In this document: positions 32,584 through 43,351 of the stretch, piece after piece | Position numbering within the stretch: position 1 is the stretch's first letter | How the letters are laid out: every line of letters starts with the position of its first letter | IMG/VR virus record: IMGVR_UViG_3300005264_000008 | Coordinates: 18,229-82,228 of that record | DNA: 64,000 bases | Strand: one strand, 5' to 3' | Source: a virus | Program-made: the position numbers and the translations under genes | The notes under the pieces: model-generated | Told to the model about the DNA's origin: nothing | What the model saw: the letters and a program-made list of their open reading frames with translations, nothing else | Databases searched by the model: none

Positions 32584-32776
32584 AACAAAAATTCAGACGA
32601 TACTTTTTATGCTTTTCACTATGAAAAGAAAGACACAGTTTCAGTAGGTGATATTCAGCAAAAAGACGATGGTTCAGTTAGACGAATTGAACATATTATT
32701 AATAACGATTAATATCTTTTTGATGTTGAGTTATAACAGGTTAAAAAATAAAATAAAATAAAAAAAAATAAACAAA

Positions 32777-33649
32777 ATGGATAATAATTACTTAGTAGAA
32801 AGAAATGGTCACATCATACATTTGAATGATGAAGTGATTATCGAAAATAAAAATAAACGTTTTCTAGCAACATTCATACAAATGGATGATTCTGATAATG
32901 CAATATTAAAAATGAATGAAAGCGGAAAGCATATTAAAATAAACAGAGTACAAGCACAACAATATTTAAAACTAAATGAATCAAATCAAACTAAAAATGA
33001 TTTGACATTAGTTGATAGTAAAATGTTCTTCGGTGAAATAGCTAATGATATTATTAGTGAAGAAACATCATCATTAAAACCGATTGTTGATATAGATGAC
33101 ATATCAAAATATGGTATTAATATAACAGAAAATTTTAATAATTCTGGAAGACGTATTGCGGATATTAAAAAATTAGAATCTATATTGTATAATGCTAAAA
33201 TAATAGCAGAGAAATATAATTTGGACTTACATAGATTAATTACAGAAGGTAAAGATGTATTAGGTGTAGTCGGGTATGGTATCGAAACATCTTCGGAGTA
33301 TGAAATTGAAGAATATGCGAATGAAGATGGAATTGAAACCGATAGTGAATTTTGGTCAAAAATTAATAATGATATAAGTATAATTGAAAGAAATGTTCTT
33401 AAATATCTAAATAAAACTGATTCTGCACGTGATGAAGGTCACAATTCAAATGATGAATTAGTTGGAACATTATATATATCAAATAATAAGACATTAGAAA
33501 TGGTTGAAGATTCTATTGATGATGAACCACGAATGACATCAAAAGGTGATTTTCCACTGGATGATAGTGAGCTATACAAAGGTGTATCAGATGTTGGTGG
33601 CTTGATTGAAGTTTCACTTAACTTTTATAATTTAGAATTAGAAAAATAA
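32777..33649 (+). CDS. acidic putative internal head protein
   Basis: Many LNE/ISE/ITE sites; acidic C-terminal half. Confidence 0.55.
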   Translation: MDNNYLVERNGHIIHLNDEVIIENKNKRFLATFIQMDDSDNAILKMNESGKHIKINRVQAQQYLKLNESNQTKNDLTLVDSKMFFGEIANDIISEETSSLKPIVDIDDISKYGINITENFNNSGRRIADIKKLESILYNAKIIAEKYNLDLHRLITEGKDVLGVVGYGIETSSEYEIEEYANEDGIETDSEFWSKINNDISIIERNVLKYLNKTDSARDEGHNSNDELVGTLYISNNKTLEMVEDSIDDEPRMTSKGDFPLDDSELYKGVSDVGGLIEVSLNFYNLELEK

Positions 33650-33668
33650 TAAAATAAAATAAAATAAA

Positions 33669-33980
33669 ATGAAAATAACAAAGAAACAATTAACAGAAAT
33701 CATAACTGAGTCAGTACAAAAATATTTGAATGAAAATAAATATAAATCAAACAGTAAAGAATCAAATATTGTAGATATGTTTTATGATACATGGGCAAAA
33801 AATAAACAATTTCCACAACTAAAACAAAAATCAATTGACCCAATTGAAGTGGATTCTACAAATGGAATTATTAAATTGAAATTTACTATTGATGAGATTT
33901 TTAATAACAAAGGTAAAATAGAAAAAATAAAGCCAGAAAAGTACAATATTGATTTGAAATTTGAAATTACGAAAATATAA
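33669..33980 (+). CDS. leader-family protein
   Basis: MKITKKQLTEIITESVQKYLNE. Confidence 0.7.
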   Translation: MKITKKQLTEIITESVQKYLNENKYKSNSKESNIVDMFYDTWAKNKQFPQLKQKSIDPIEVDSTNGIIKLKFTIDEIFNNKGKIEKIKPEKYNIDLKFEITKI

Positions 33981-33988
33981 ATAATAAA

Positions 33989-34324
33989 ATGAAAATAACA
34001 AAGAAACAATTAACAGAAATCATAACTGAGTCAGTACAAAAGTATTTGAATGAAGTTATGGGTTATAATATGAAAGCAAGTGATAAAAAATTCATATCAA
34101 GTTGGATTAATGGTAATCTAAAAGAAGGAGATAATAACCAGCGTTTATCAATAGAAAAAGGTAATATACTATCTGGTGTAATGTCTAATTTGGCAAGGAT
34201 TAAAGATATGGTACTATATTATGGTTATGCATATGGTAATGTATCACAAACATATATTAATTATATTAAAAAAACAGCAAAACAAAACGGACTTACGTTA
34301 AAATACTCTGAAAAAATTTATTAA
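33989..34324 (+). CDS. leader-family protein
   Basis: Same 22-aa leader as 33669, unrelated C-terminus. Confidence 0.7.
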   Translation: MKITKKQLTEIITESVQKYLNEVMGYNMKASDKKFISSWINGNLKEGDNNQRLSIEKGNILSGVMSNLARIKDMVLYYGYAYGNVSQTYINYIKKTAKQNGLTLKYSEKIY

Positions 34325-34325
34325 A

Positions 34326-34712
34326 ATGAATATAGTACCATTTCCACATAATAAAACCAATGTATTAAATATACTTGAAGATATAGATGGTAATAAGTTA
34401 AATTTGGCAGATAAATTATCTAAGATAAAAACATTACCAACTTATGCAAAAGATTTAAATGATATTGAAATAAATAAATCATTAGATGAAATAGTTAATA
34501 TAATCAATCTTGCTGAAAAAGTAATTACTGATAATCGTAAAGAAGATTGGGATAATATGATTGTAAATAAAGATGTTAAGCAAATTGAAGAGACAAAGAA
34601 AGCATTCCAAAAAAATGTAATCGAATTTAAATTATTACAACAACGTTTATTTGGATTGTACGATGACTTGATGTTTAAACTTAATAGATATTTTAACTTT
34701 AATGATGAATAA
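34326..34712 (+). CDS. hypothetical helical protein
   Basis: 128-aa ORF in operon. Confidence 0.6.
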   Translation: MNIVPFPHNKTNVLNILEDIDGNKLNLADKLSKIKTLPTYAKDLNDIEINKSLDEIVNIINLAEKVITDNRKEDWDNMIVNKDVKQIEETKKAFQKNVIEFKLLQQRLFGLYDDLMFKLNRYFNFNDE

Positions 34713-34732
34713 AACGAAAATAATAAAATAAC

Positions 34733-35581
34733 ATGAAACTATCTAAGAAAAAACTAACAACTTTAATTTTAAACGAAATTAAAAAGCAAACTGGAAAAAG
34801 TTCGGTTAATGAAAATATTGAACAATTGCAAATGCGTAAAGAAATTTCTGAAAATTATGATAAACTAAATAACGAAGCATTAGAAGTGAAACCGACTAAA
34901 AGAATAGGACGTGGTACATTTAATGTTGTAAGTTTAAGTGGCGGTGAAAGTGGTGAATACACAAAAGTAGCACAAAGATTTATTGATATGAATAACCATC
35001 TATCTAAAACAGAAACACAATTAAAAGATGTTAATAAAATTTTAGATAAAAAAATAATCGAATTTAAAAACGAACTAAAAAAATCGAGTGGATTGGATAT
35101 TGATAGTATTGAAGATAAAGTCAAAACTCTAAAATCACAAGTGAAAATAAAACAAAAAGAACTATTCGACTATTCAATAAATAATATATTTGGAAAACTT
35201 CGTGATGAAATAGACAGTACAATTGGAATAATAGTTGAAACAAAAAGCTTAACATCACAATTTAATGCACCTGCTAAAAAAATTGATTATATTAAAATAT
35301 TAAATGAATTAGTTAAAATAAACGCAGTTAGTCAAGATGTAATAGACAATATTACACAGCAATTTACAACTTTTGATGATACGAAGCGAAAATTGAAAGA
35401 AATCGTCCCTAATATCAATGAAAATAATTTACGAGAAGGGTTATTTAATAAAGTTAAAATGTTATTCGTAAACATATGGATTAAAATGAAAAATTCATTT
35501 ACTTCATTACTTGCATCTACACATTTAAAAAATAAGCAATTGAATAAATCTTTAAAACATATTAACAGACAAATAAACTAA
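34733..35581 (+). CDS. leader-family coiled-coil protein
   Basis: MKLSKKKLTTLILNEIKKQ. Confidence 0.65.
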   Translation: MKLSKKKLTTLILNEIKKQTGKSSVNENIEQLQMRKEISENYDKLNNEALEVKPTKRIGRGTFNVVSLSGGESGEYTKVAQRFIDMNNHLSKTETQLKDVNKILDKKIIEFKNELKKSSGLDIDSIEDKVKTLKSQVKIKQKELFDYSINNIFGKLRDEIDSTIGIIVETKSLTSQFNAPAKKIDYIKILNELVKINAVSQDVIDNITQQFTTFDDTKRKLKEIVPNINENNLREGLFNKVKMLFVNIWIKMKNSFTSLLASTHLKNKQLNKSLKHINRQIN

Positions 35582-35586
35582 ATAAC

Positions 35587-36483
35587 ATGAAATTAACAAA
35601 GAAAACTTTAACAACTTTAATTTTAAAAGAAATTAAAAAGCAAACTAAAAAAAGTTTAGTAGTAACTGAATCAATTCGTGATAAAGTATTAATTGAAAAT
35701 ACAATTAGTAAAATTAAAAATAGTAAATTAACATATTTAAAAAAGAAAAAATATATTAATGCTATTACTGAGAACATTGGCAATGCAAAGAAAGTAAGTA
35801 AATATTTAACAGAAGGCATTGATAAAAAGTTGTTAACATTACAAAAATATCTTACAAAAGAATATGGTAAACAATATGAAGATGTGATTGAACATGAATA
35901 TGATAATACTTATTCATATAATGATGAAGAATATATTGTATTAACCGATAAAGAAGCTGATGAACTTGCAGTTGAGTACATGAAAGATTTATTAGATGAT
36001 ATTGGAATTGAAGGTACAAATCTAAATCAAGAAGACTATATCAATAATACAGACTGGTTTGATACTGCTATGCAAGAATCATATGAAAGTTATGTAAAAG
36101 AAATTGAAAATGAAAGTGATAATACATACGATAATAGATTAATTGCAGAATTAGTTGAAACTGGTTTGTTAGATGATGATGATTTTGAAACTGATGAAGA
36201 TGGTGATATTGATTATTATAATTTAAACGATGATGTTAATTTAGATGATAAAAGGGAAAAATATATTGAAGTGTTAATGGATAATTATTCAGATAGTGTC
36301 GAATGGTTTAAAAGTAATTTTGGTGATGACGAATTTAATGATATATTAAAAGATAAAGATTTAATAGATATTGATAGAGTTGTTGACGATATAATCCGCA
36401 TTGACGGTAGAGGTAGTGTAATATCATCATATGATGGAGCAGAAAACAAATTAAATAACTTTTATATATATCGAACGAGTTAA
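35587..36483 (+). CDS. leader-family protein with highly acidic C-terminal domain
   Basis: MKLTKKTLTTLILKEIKKQ; D/E-rich after YLTE. Confidence 0.65.
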   Translation: MKLTKKTLTTLILKEIKKQTKKSLVVTESIRDKVLIENTISKIKNSKLTYLKKKKYINAITENIGNAKKVSKYLTEGIDKKLLTLQKYLTKEYGKQYEDVIEHEYDNTYSYNDEEYIVLTDKEADELAVEYMKDLLDDIGIEGTNLNQEDYINNTDWFDTAMQESYESYVKEIENESDNTYDNRLIAELVETGLLDDDDFETDEDGDIDYYNLNDDVNLDDKREKYIEVLMDNYSDSVEWFKSNFGDDEFNDILKDKDLIDIDRVVDDIIRIDGRGSVISSYDGAENKLNNFYIYRTS

Positions 36484-36504
36484 CAAACAAATAAACTAAA
36501 TAAC

Positions 36505-36750
36505 ATGAAATTAACAAAAAAAGAATTAACAAAAATCATTTCAGAAGTAATAGACAATCATATCAATGAAGATTATGGATGGGATATTAAACGTGGTAAA
36601 GAACAGGATGCACTTGAAGATGCAATTGAAATGTTTGGTGAAAAATCAATATTACAACAATTAGTACAAGCAATGGGTACAAGTGCATTATCTGATAATC
36701 TTTCTTATATTTTTAGAATGAATGATTATGAATCACCATATTTAAAATAA
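36505..36750 (+). CDS. leader-family protein
   Basis: MKLTKKELTKIISEVIDNHINE. Confidence 0.7.
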   Translation: MKLTKKELTKIISEVIDNHINEDYGWDIKRGKEQDALEDAIEMFGEKSILQQLVQAMGTSALSDNLSYIFRMNDYESPYLK

Positions 36751-36755
36751 CATAA

Positions 36756-37490
36756 TTGAAATCTTCATTGACTAAAATACAAAAACATGTCAATATAATA
36801 TTTGATATTATATTGACACATCATGCACAGGGTCAACAATTACGACACGTTGATAAAGATAATATAATAATTACTAAACAAATTATATTGGATACATTGA
36901 AATGTTGTTTGGATGATATTATTTCTGATTTATTATTAGATAGAATTGATATTTCTGATTTTATTCGTGTCTTTAATAAAACGAATGATTTAAATATCAT
37001 AATAAAGATTGAAAATAATAATGATGATATAATGTTACGTATAATAACGGTAATAATCAAGCGAAATTTCAAAGATAAGGACATTAAACATGTTTATAAT
37101 GTCATGTGTAAGACTAATGATTACTCTCGTCTAAGAGAAGATTTAATGCTATTACAGCCGACCTTTAAACGTATAGATGAAACTTTTAAAAGAATACGAA
37201 ACCAAAAATTGCAAAGAATAAAAGGTAAACCGTGTGAAAAAGGCAAGCGTAAAGATTCTGAGACTGGTAAATGTATTAAGATGAGTTCGCAGGATAAAAG
37301 ACGTTATTCAATACAGAATAAGAAAAGTGCTTTGAAATCACGTGGTAAACGAGCATTAACATCAAAGAAAAGAAAGAAGAGTATGAGTTTACATAAAAAA
37401 CACATTGGAAACCCATATGAAACTGATGTAGATAAAAGTGAATTAGAATCAGATTATAAGTTTAAAAATTTTAAACCTTATTCTGATTAA
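36756..37490 (+). CDS. protein with basic C-terminal domain, possibly prohead core gp68-like
   Basis: K/R-rich KMSSQDKRR...KKRKKSMS; start uncertain. Confidence 0.4.
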   Translation: MKSSLTKIQKHVNIIFDIILTHHAQGQQLRHVDKDNIIITKQIILDTLKCCLDDIISDLLLDRIDISDFIRVFNKTNDLNIIIKIENNNDDIMLRIITVIIKRNFKDKDIKHVYNVMCKTNDYSRLREDLMLLQPTFKRIDETFKRIRNQKLQRIKGKPCEKGKRKDSETGKCIKMSSQDKRRYSIQNKKSALKSRGKRALTSKKRKKSMSLHKKHIGNPYETDVDKSELESDYKFKNFKPYSD

Positions 37491-37492
37491 AT

Positions 37493-37522
37493 AAAAAAAT
37501 CCCACATAATGTGGGATTTTTT
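37493..37522. terminator. bidirectional terminator
   Basis: AAAAAATCCCACAT-a-ATGTGGGATTTTT. Confidence 0.7.
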
Positions 37523-37870
37523 GTTTCGAATAATTATTTTTATATGTAAATTATTAGTAATTTATATATATATATATATTCATTTTTTTATTCTTTATGT
37601 ACATATACAATAGTTTCATTTCGAATTGAGTCAGTTATTTCGAATTGTTCATCTTCTGATAAATCTTCCCAACAAGTTGATTCATCATACCCCAAATCAA
37701 CTAAATCTATTGTAGCTTCATTTGTTGAGAGTGTTATACTAAATTGTATTTCCATGTTATTTTATTTATGTGTTTATTTTTATTTTTACTTTTTAATATT
37801 GGTGTTCCATTCTTTTTTACAAATAACTGAATATTTTCCACATATTACAGATAATATATCTTAAAAAAAG

Positions 37871-39835
37871 TTAAATTCCAAACATTTTTTCAAAGAATGA
37901 GTCTTTCATGTTTATTTTAGTTACTTTCATTTTCGATATTTCTCCTTGATTAACTGCACTTGTAATCATTTGTTTATAATTAATAGTTTTATAAATATAA
38001 TAATCAATTGTATCACGAGCTAACATATTATATATATTAACACTATCATTTGTTTGACCAATTCTATGTATTCTATCAGATGCTTGGTCACGTTTACCAG
38101 GTGTCCACGGTTGTTCAATCATTAATAAATCACTTGAACTTGTTAGTGTTAATCCAGTTCCACCAGCTTCTATATTAAGAAATATTAAATTTACACTATC
38201 ATCATTTTGAAATGATTCTACATATTTATGTCGCTGTTCAATATCAATATCACCTACAACAATAGGAACATCATAATTAAATTTAGTTGAATAATATTTT
38301 TGTAACTTAACTAACGAATCCTTACGAATACCGAATACAACTAATTTTTTAGTTGGATTGTTTATGAAAAAATCATTTATCCAATTTCTAATACTATTAT
38401 ACTTTTGTTCTATTGTTATTGTTTGGTATTTTGTCATAAGCATTATACCAATTGCATTTGCAAGATTACTGTCAATAATATGATTTTCAATTAAAGTATG
38501 TATAATATTTTGTAATTTAGAAACACTGTTTTCTTTTGTTTTTTCTTCAGTGGCGGTTTCAATTATTTGTTGTAATAATATTTTTTCTGCATTATTATAT
38601 TCTTTATAATTATCTAATTCAGTTTCTATAATTATATGATTTTTAAGTGGTAATTCAGGTAATACATCTTTTTTTAATCGTCTCATATAACATATTTTCC
38701 GTAATTCAGTATTCAATTTTAATAATTTATTAGGATTTTCTTCAATTACATAATTATTCCAAAAATACCAAAACCCACCAAATTCATCTAATCGACCAAG
38801 CACTGTAAGTTGAGAAATTATTTCAGATGGTGTGCTAAGAATTGGTGTCCCACTTAATAGTAATCTCACATCAATATTTTTAACTAATTTTTTAATAATT
38901 TTAGTTCGTTTTGCTTTGTAATTTTTAATATAATGACTCTCATCAATTATTACTGATTGTATATTAAGTGCTTTTAGTTTATCAAACATTTTCTCAACTA
39001 TATCATAATTAATTATATACACATCGGCATCATAATTATTTTCATCTACTTTATACTTGACTTTATTTTTGGTACGTATTTTTATATTATTGCTATCTAA
39101 AATAGAAATTATTTTTTCTTCTTTACTCCATATGTCCCACTCTGTTTTCCAATTATATTTCAATCCATTTGGGCATATTACTAACACAGGATATGAATCC
39201 ATTTGAATGATACTTGCAATAGATTCGACTGTTTTACCAAGTCCCTGTTCATCACCGATTAAAATTCGTTTTTTATTACATATGTATTCAACACCAGCAA
39301 TTTGAAATGGTCGTAGTGTTCCGTTTAAACCATTTATTTTATATTCTGATTCTTGAGAACTTGATTTTTTGAATGACTCATCATATTCAAGAAGTAACAT
39401 ATCAATATATGTTGTGACGGATTCATCAACATCAAATATATCAAATAATTTAGATTTTATAATTGGAATTGTGATGTTATTAATATTGATTGTCCAATGT
39501 TTGTGAGTTGGATTAAATTTTCTAGTTGGAACTTCTTTTATCAGATTGACTAATGCTTGGTCATATGGAAATGATGCTACTAATTCATTTTTAGCATTCA
39601 TATATAATTTATTATTTGTAATATTTTTTTCTTTCGTAGAAACTAAATTCAATGATTTGAATTTAATGTTGATTAAATCTTGTTTATGTCGTCTTAATAT
39701 ATGATATAATTGAATTCTATGTGTTAATAATAACAGATTATATTTATTATAATATGATAATATATCATTAATAATAGGCTGTTCATATTTAGAATTGAAG
39801 TCTATATATTTTATTTCATTGATTATAGTTTGCAT
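37871..39835 (-). CDS. SNF2/HARP-like (SMARCAL1-type) helicase
   Basis: LRPFQ, DEQGLGKT, DESH, LSGTP, GTGLTL, QASDRIHRIGQ; N-terminal FPYD...W HARP-like domain. Confidence 0.9.
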   Translation of the reverse strand: MQTIINEIKYIDFNSKYEQPIINDILSYYNKYNLLLLTHRIQLYHILRRHKQDLINIKFKSLNLVSTKEKNITNNKLYMNAKNELVASFPYDQALVNLIKEVPTRKFNPTHKHWTININNITIPIIKSKLFDIFDVDESVTTYIDMLLLEYDESFKKSSSQESEYKINGLNGTLRPFQIAGVEYICNKKRILIGDEQGLGKTVESIASIIQMDSYPVLVICPNGLKYNWKTEWDIWSKEEKIISILDSNNIKIRTKNKVKYKVDENNYDADVYIINYDIVEKMFDKLKALNIQSVIIDESHYIKNYKAKRTKIIKKLVKNIDVRLLLSGTPILSTPSEIISQLTVLGRLDEFGGFWYFWNNYVIEENPNKLLKLNTELRKICYMRRLKKDVLPELPLKNHIIIETELDNYKEYNNAEKILLQQIIETATEEKTKENSVSKLQNIIHTLIENHIIDSNLANAIGIMLMTKYQTITIEQKYNSIRNWINDFFINNPTKKLVVFGIRKDSLVKLQKYYSTKFNYDVPIVVGDIDIEQRHKYVESFQNDDSVNLIFLNIEAGGTGLTLTSSSDLLMIEQPWTPGKRDQASDRIHRIGQTNDSVNIYNMLARDTIDYYIYKTINYKQMITSAVNQGEISKMKVTKINMKDSFFEKMFGI

Positions 39836-39881
39836 TTTTTTTTAAATTATGTTATTTACAATATTAAATTAAATAAATTAA

Positions 39882-41732
39882 ATGCATATGAAATATAAAT
39901 GGATTGATAATGATGTCGATTATATACTATTACGACCAGATAATTATATTGGGTCTTTAGTTCGTAAGGATATAGAAGATGTTATATTCGATAAAGAAAC
40001 TCATAAATTTAAACCATACACATACAACATATCAGATGGATTAATACATTTGTTTAACGAAATAGTATCAAATTCGATTGATGAATTCAATAATAATAAA
40101 AAGGTAAAAAATATAAAGATAAATATAAATACAGATGTTGGTAGTATTACTATATCAGATGATGGGAGTGGTATAGATGTAAAGAAGTATGAAAATACTG
40201 ATATTTATATTCCTGAAATATTAACTACTAAATTACATTCTGGTAGTAATTTTGATGATACACAGAAACGCTCTACAATTGGTAGGAATGGCGTTGGATT
40301 GACAATTGTTAATATATTTTCCAAATTATTTGAAATAGAAACTTCAGATGGGAAAAATAAATTCCATATGAGATTTGAACAAAATAGTCGATTAAAAGGT
40401 GCGTGTAAAATTACTAAAAATAAAAAGCATTATACATCTATAACATATATACCCGACTATAAACGGTTTAACTACAAATCAATAACTGATGATATAATTA
40501 ATTATATGAGAAAAAAAATAATTGATTTGGCTGGGTTATTTTCAGGTATACGATTCACATTTAAAGTAGATGACATTGTAAATATTTACCAATTTAATAA
40601 TATAAAAGATTACTTTAAAATGTTTATAAGTGATACAAGTGATTTTATTTATTATTCCGATGAAAATTGGAATATTGGTGTTAGTTACAGCAAAAACACA
40701 TTTAAACAAATCAGTTTTGCAAATGGAATACGAACTGCAATGGGTGGTTCGCATGTTGAAAAAGTTTTAGATAATATATTACCAGTTATTAAACAAAATA
40801 TAGAAAAGAAACACAAAATACAATTAAGTAATTACTTATTAAAACAAAATCTAAAATTACATGTCAATGTTAATGTTATAAATCCAACATATGATACTCA
40901 AACTAAAATTAGATTAGATATAAAAGAACTACCCGAACTAAACATTCCAACTACGACATTTAACCAAATTATTAATAGCGATTTATTTGAAAATCTTTCT
41001 AAATACGCAATTCAAAAACAAAATGAAAAGGAACAACAAGAGTTAAAACGAATTAATAAAAAGTTAAATAAAGTTAGAATAGATAATTTTATTGATGCAA
41101 CTAATCGTAAGCGTTTAAATAATACATTATACTTATTTGAAGGTAACTCTGCACAATCAGGATTTTACAAATATCGAAATAATAAACAGGGAGCATTATC
41201 ATTAAAAGGTAAACCAAATAATATATACAAAATGACTGATTTGGCAATTGCTAAAAAAGAAAAAATTCAAAATATATTATCTGCAATTGGATTACAACTT
41301 GGTGTTCCTTATAATAATAAAAAATTAAGGTATGGTAAAATTATAATTGGCACTGATGCTGATGTTGATGGGTATCATATCACAGGGTTATTATTGTCGA
41401 TGTTTTATCGGAATTGGAAGGAGCTGTTCAATGATGGGCGTATATATAGACTACTAACACCAATTATGGTTGTTACACATAAAAAAACAAAAAAAATATT
41501 TTATACTGAACAGGATTATAAAAAATGGACAAATACAATTAACGATATATCTAAATATAAAGTATCATATAAAAAGGGATTAGCAAGTCTATCAGATGCA
41601 GAATATCAAGATATTATACAGAATCCCAAACTCATACAATACAAAATAGACGATAAATCAGATAATATTATTGAAACTTGGTTTGGGTTAGATGCTGAAT
41701 TACGAAAAAAACAAATTATATTACATCATTAA
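39882..41732 (+). CDS. type IIA DNA topoisomerase, ATPase/TOPRIM subunit (gp39+60/GyrB-like)
   Basis: EIVSNSIDE, DDGSGI, GRNGVG, EGNSA, LKGK, DADVDG, KGLAS. Confidence 0.92.
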   Translation: MHMKYKWIDNDVDYILLRPDNYIGSLVRKDIEDVIFDKETHKFKPYTYNISDGLIHLFNEIVSNSIDEFNNNKKVKNIKININTDVGSITISDDGSGIDVKKYENTDIYIPEILTTKLHSGSNFDDTQKRSTIGRNGVGLTIVNIFSKLFEIETSDGKNKFHMRFEQNSRLKGACKITKNKKHYTSITYIPDYKRFNYKSITDDIINYMRKKIIDLAGLFSGIRFTFKVDDIVNIYQFNNIKDYFKMFISDTSDFIYYSDENWNIGVSYSKNTFKQISFANGIRTAMGGSHVEKVLDNILPVIKQNIEKKHKIQLSNYLLKQNLKLHVNVNVINPTYDTQTKIRLDIKELPELNIPTTTFNQIINSDLFENLSKYAIQKQNEKEQQELKRINKKLNKVRIDNFIDATNRKRLNNTLYLFEGNSAQSGFYKYRNNKQGALSLKGKPNNIYKMTDLAIAKKEKIQNILSAIGLQLGVPYNNKKLRYGKIIIGTDADVDGYHITGLLLSMFYRNWKELFNDGRIYRLLTPIMVVTHKKTKKIFYTEQDYKKWTNTINDISKYKVSYKKGLASLSDAEYQDIIQNPKLIQYKIDDKSDNIIETWFGLDAELRKKQIILHH

Positions 41733-41740
41733 AATAAAAA

Positions 41741-42163
41741 TTGAATATGGAATCTCTAGTACAGACAAAAAATGACTTTTTTGAACAAGTTAAATTAAAT
41801 GTAATAACAGAAATATCATCACAAGTCTATAACAATACAGTAATTTTATCATCACCATCTAAAATTAAAAAAGTAATTGAACAATATTTGTTAGACAAAA
41901 ATTTAGTAACATTACAAAATAAATTCATTGGTGCACGTGTTGTATTAGATGCAATTCTCGATGATGTTAATTTAGTAATTGACAGTGAAATTCGTGTTAT
42001 TCGTGTACGTAAAATATTTGCATCAGCATTGATGGAATTGAAAGGTTATGTCAATGAATACACTAATACAATGAAAAGATTTTCAAGTGGGAATCCAATT
42101 ATAATATCAGATATAACATTGTTAACTTTTTTATTAAAAGACTTAATTCAACTATATTTATAA
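41741..42163 (+). CDS. hypothetical protein
   Basis: 140-aa ORF. Confidence 0.55.
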   Translation: MNMESLVQTKNDFFEQVKLNVITEISSQVYNNTVILSSPSKIKKVIEQYLLDKNLVTLQNKFIGARVVLDAILDDVNLVIDSEIRVIRVRKIFASALMELKGYVNEYTNTMKRFSSGNPIIISDITLLTFLLKDLIQLYL

Positions 42164-42176
42164 ATAAAAACAACAA

Positions 42177-43289
42177 ATGAGAAAAACTAAATACATCATA
42201 CTAATATCAGCAATATTATTAGCTATGACAGCAGGATATATGTCAATATTTGGATTGACAACTTTACTTAAAGGTAATATATATGTAATTGGAATTATGG
42301 CTATATTATTAGAAATCGCAAAAATATTAAATATTACTTATTTGCACAATGAATGGAAGAGAATTAAAATATTACATAAAATTTTTATTTTCTTAACAAC
42401 AATTATATTATTAGTTATTACCAGTAGTGGTGTATTTGGATTCTTAAAAAATTCTAGTATAGAAACAATTGGTAAAGTTAAACAAATTGAGCTATTGGTT
42501 TCACAGGTTGATAGAAAGATTAATTTTCTAACAGAAGATGAAATCAAACTAGAAAATAAAATCAAAGAACACCAATTACAATTAGCTGATGACCAAAAAT
42601 TATTGAACGATATTACTTCTAACCAAACTAATATGTCGGTGTTAAATGATACAACTTCAAAATTTTGGGCTAAATATAGTTTTGTAAACAAAGCATCAGA
42701 ATTAAAAGATAAAGTAACAGAACAAATTGATATACATCGAGAAAATATTGCTAAAGAAGAACAAAAACATAATGTATTGCGAAATGATATTGACTCACTT
42801 GAATCATATATGCTAGACTTACAAAATAATAATATAGGTGTTAAACAAGAACTTGGTCCTTTTTATTCATTTTCACAGTTGATATTTAATAAAGAAGTAT
42901 TATCGACTAAGGAACTTGAAACAACAGTCAATTGGTATATATTCATATTGATATTTGTTTTTGACCCTACTGCTGTTAGTTTAATATTAATATATCTAAA
43001 TATAAATAAACGTCAAAATATCGATTCTAACGGTGATTCTTCAACAAGTGATAACAACACACCAATTAAAAAAGATAATACATTAGAAGCAGAATTACAC
43101 CATGACAAAGACATAAATAAACAATCAATTAAAGAAGGTGTTGAACATGTGCCAAAAAAAGATGTGATTACCGATGACTTCACTTTCAAAGATGCTCCAA
43201 TTAAAAAAACAGATAATGCAAAAATAAAACCCAAAAAAATGACTACTTGGTATGATGTTGATTCGGCTGGTGGAATGAAAAAACGGTAA
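42177..43289 (+). CDS. membrane protein with central coiled coil
   Basis: Three N-terminal TM helices, coiled coil, C-terminal TM with IFVFDP.A. Confidence 0.7.
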   Translation: MRKTKYIILISAILLAMTAGYMSIFGLTTLLKGNIYVIGIMAILLEIAKILNITYLHNEWKRIKILHKIFIFLTTIILLVITSSGVFGFLKNSSIETIGKVKQIELLVSQVDRKINFLTEDEIKLENKIKEHQLQLADDQKLLNDITSNQTNMSVLNDTTSKFWAKYSFVNKASELKDKVTEQIDIHRENIAKEEQKHNVLRNDIDSLESYMLDLQNNNIGVKQELGPFYSFSQLIFNKEVLSTKELETTVNWYIFILIFVFDPTAVSLILIYLNINKRQNIDSNGDSSTSDNNTPIKKDNTLEAELHHDKDINKQSIKEGVEHVPKKDVITDDFTFKDAPIKKTDNAKIKPKKMTTWYDVDSAGGMKKR

Positions 43290-43312
43290 TTTAAAATAAA
43301 TATGTTACAAAT

Positions 43313-43348
43313 ATAAAAAATAGTGGAATTTAATTCCACTATTTTTTA
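43313..43348. terminator. bidirectional terminator
   Basis: ATAAAAAATAGTGGAAT...ATTCCACTATTTTTTAT between convergent genes. Confidence 0.75.
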
Positions 43349-43351
43349 TAT

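Noticed and set aside
33669-34060. Diversity-generating retroelement template/variable repeat pair
   Set aside because: The repeats are N-terminal and nearly identical with no adenine-specific pattern, and no reverse transcriptase is in the window.
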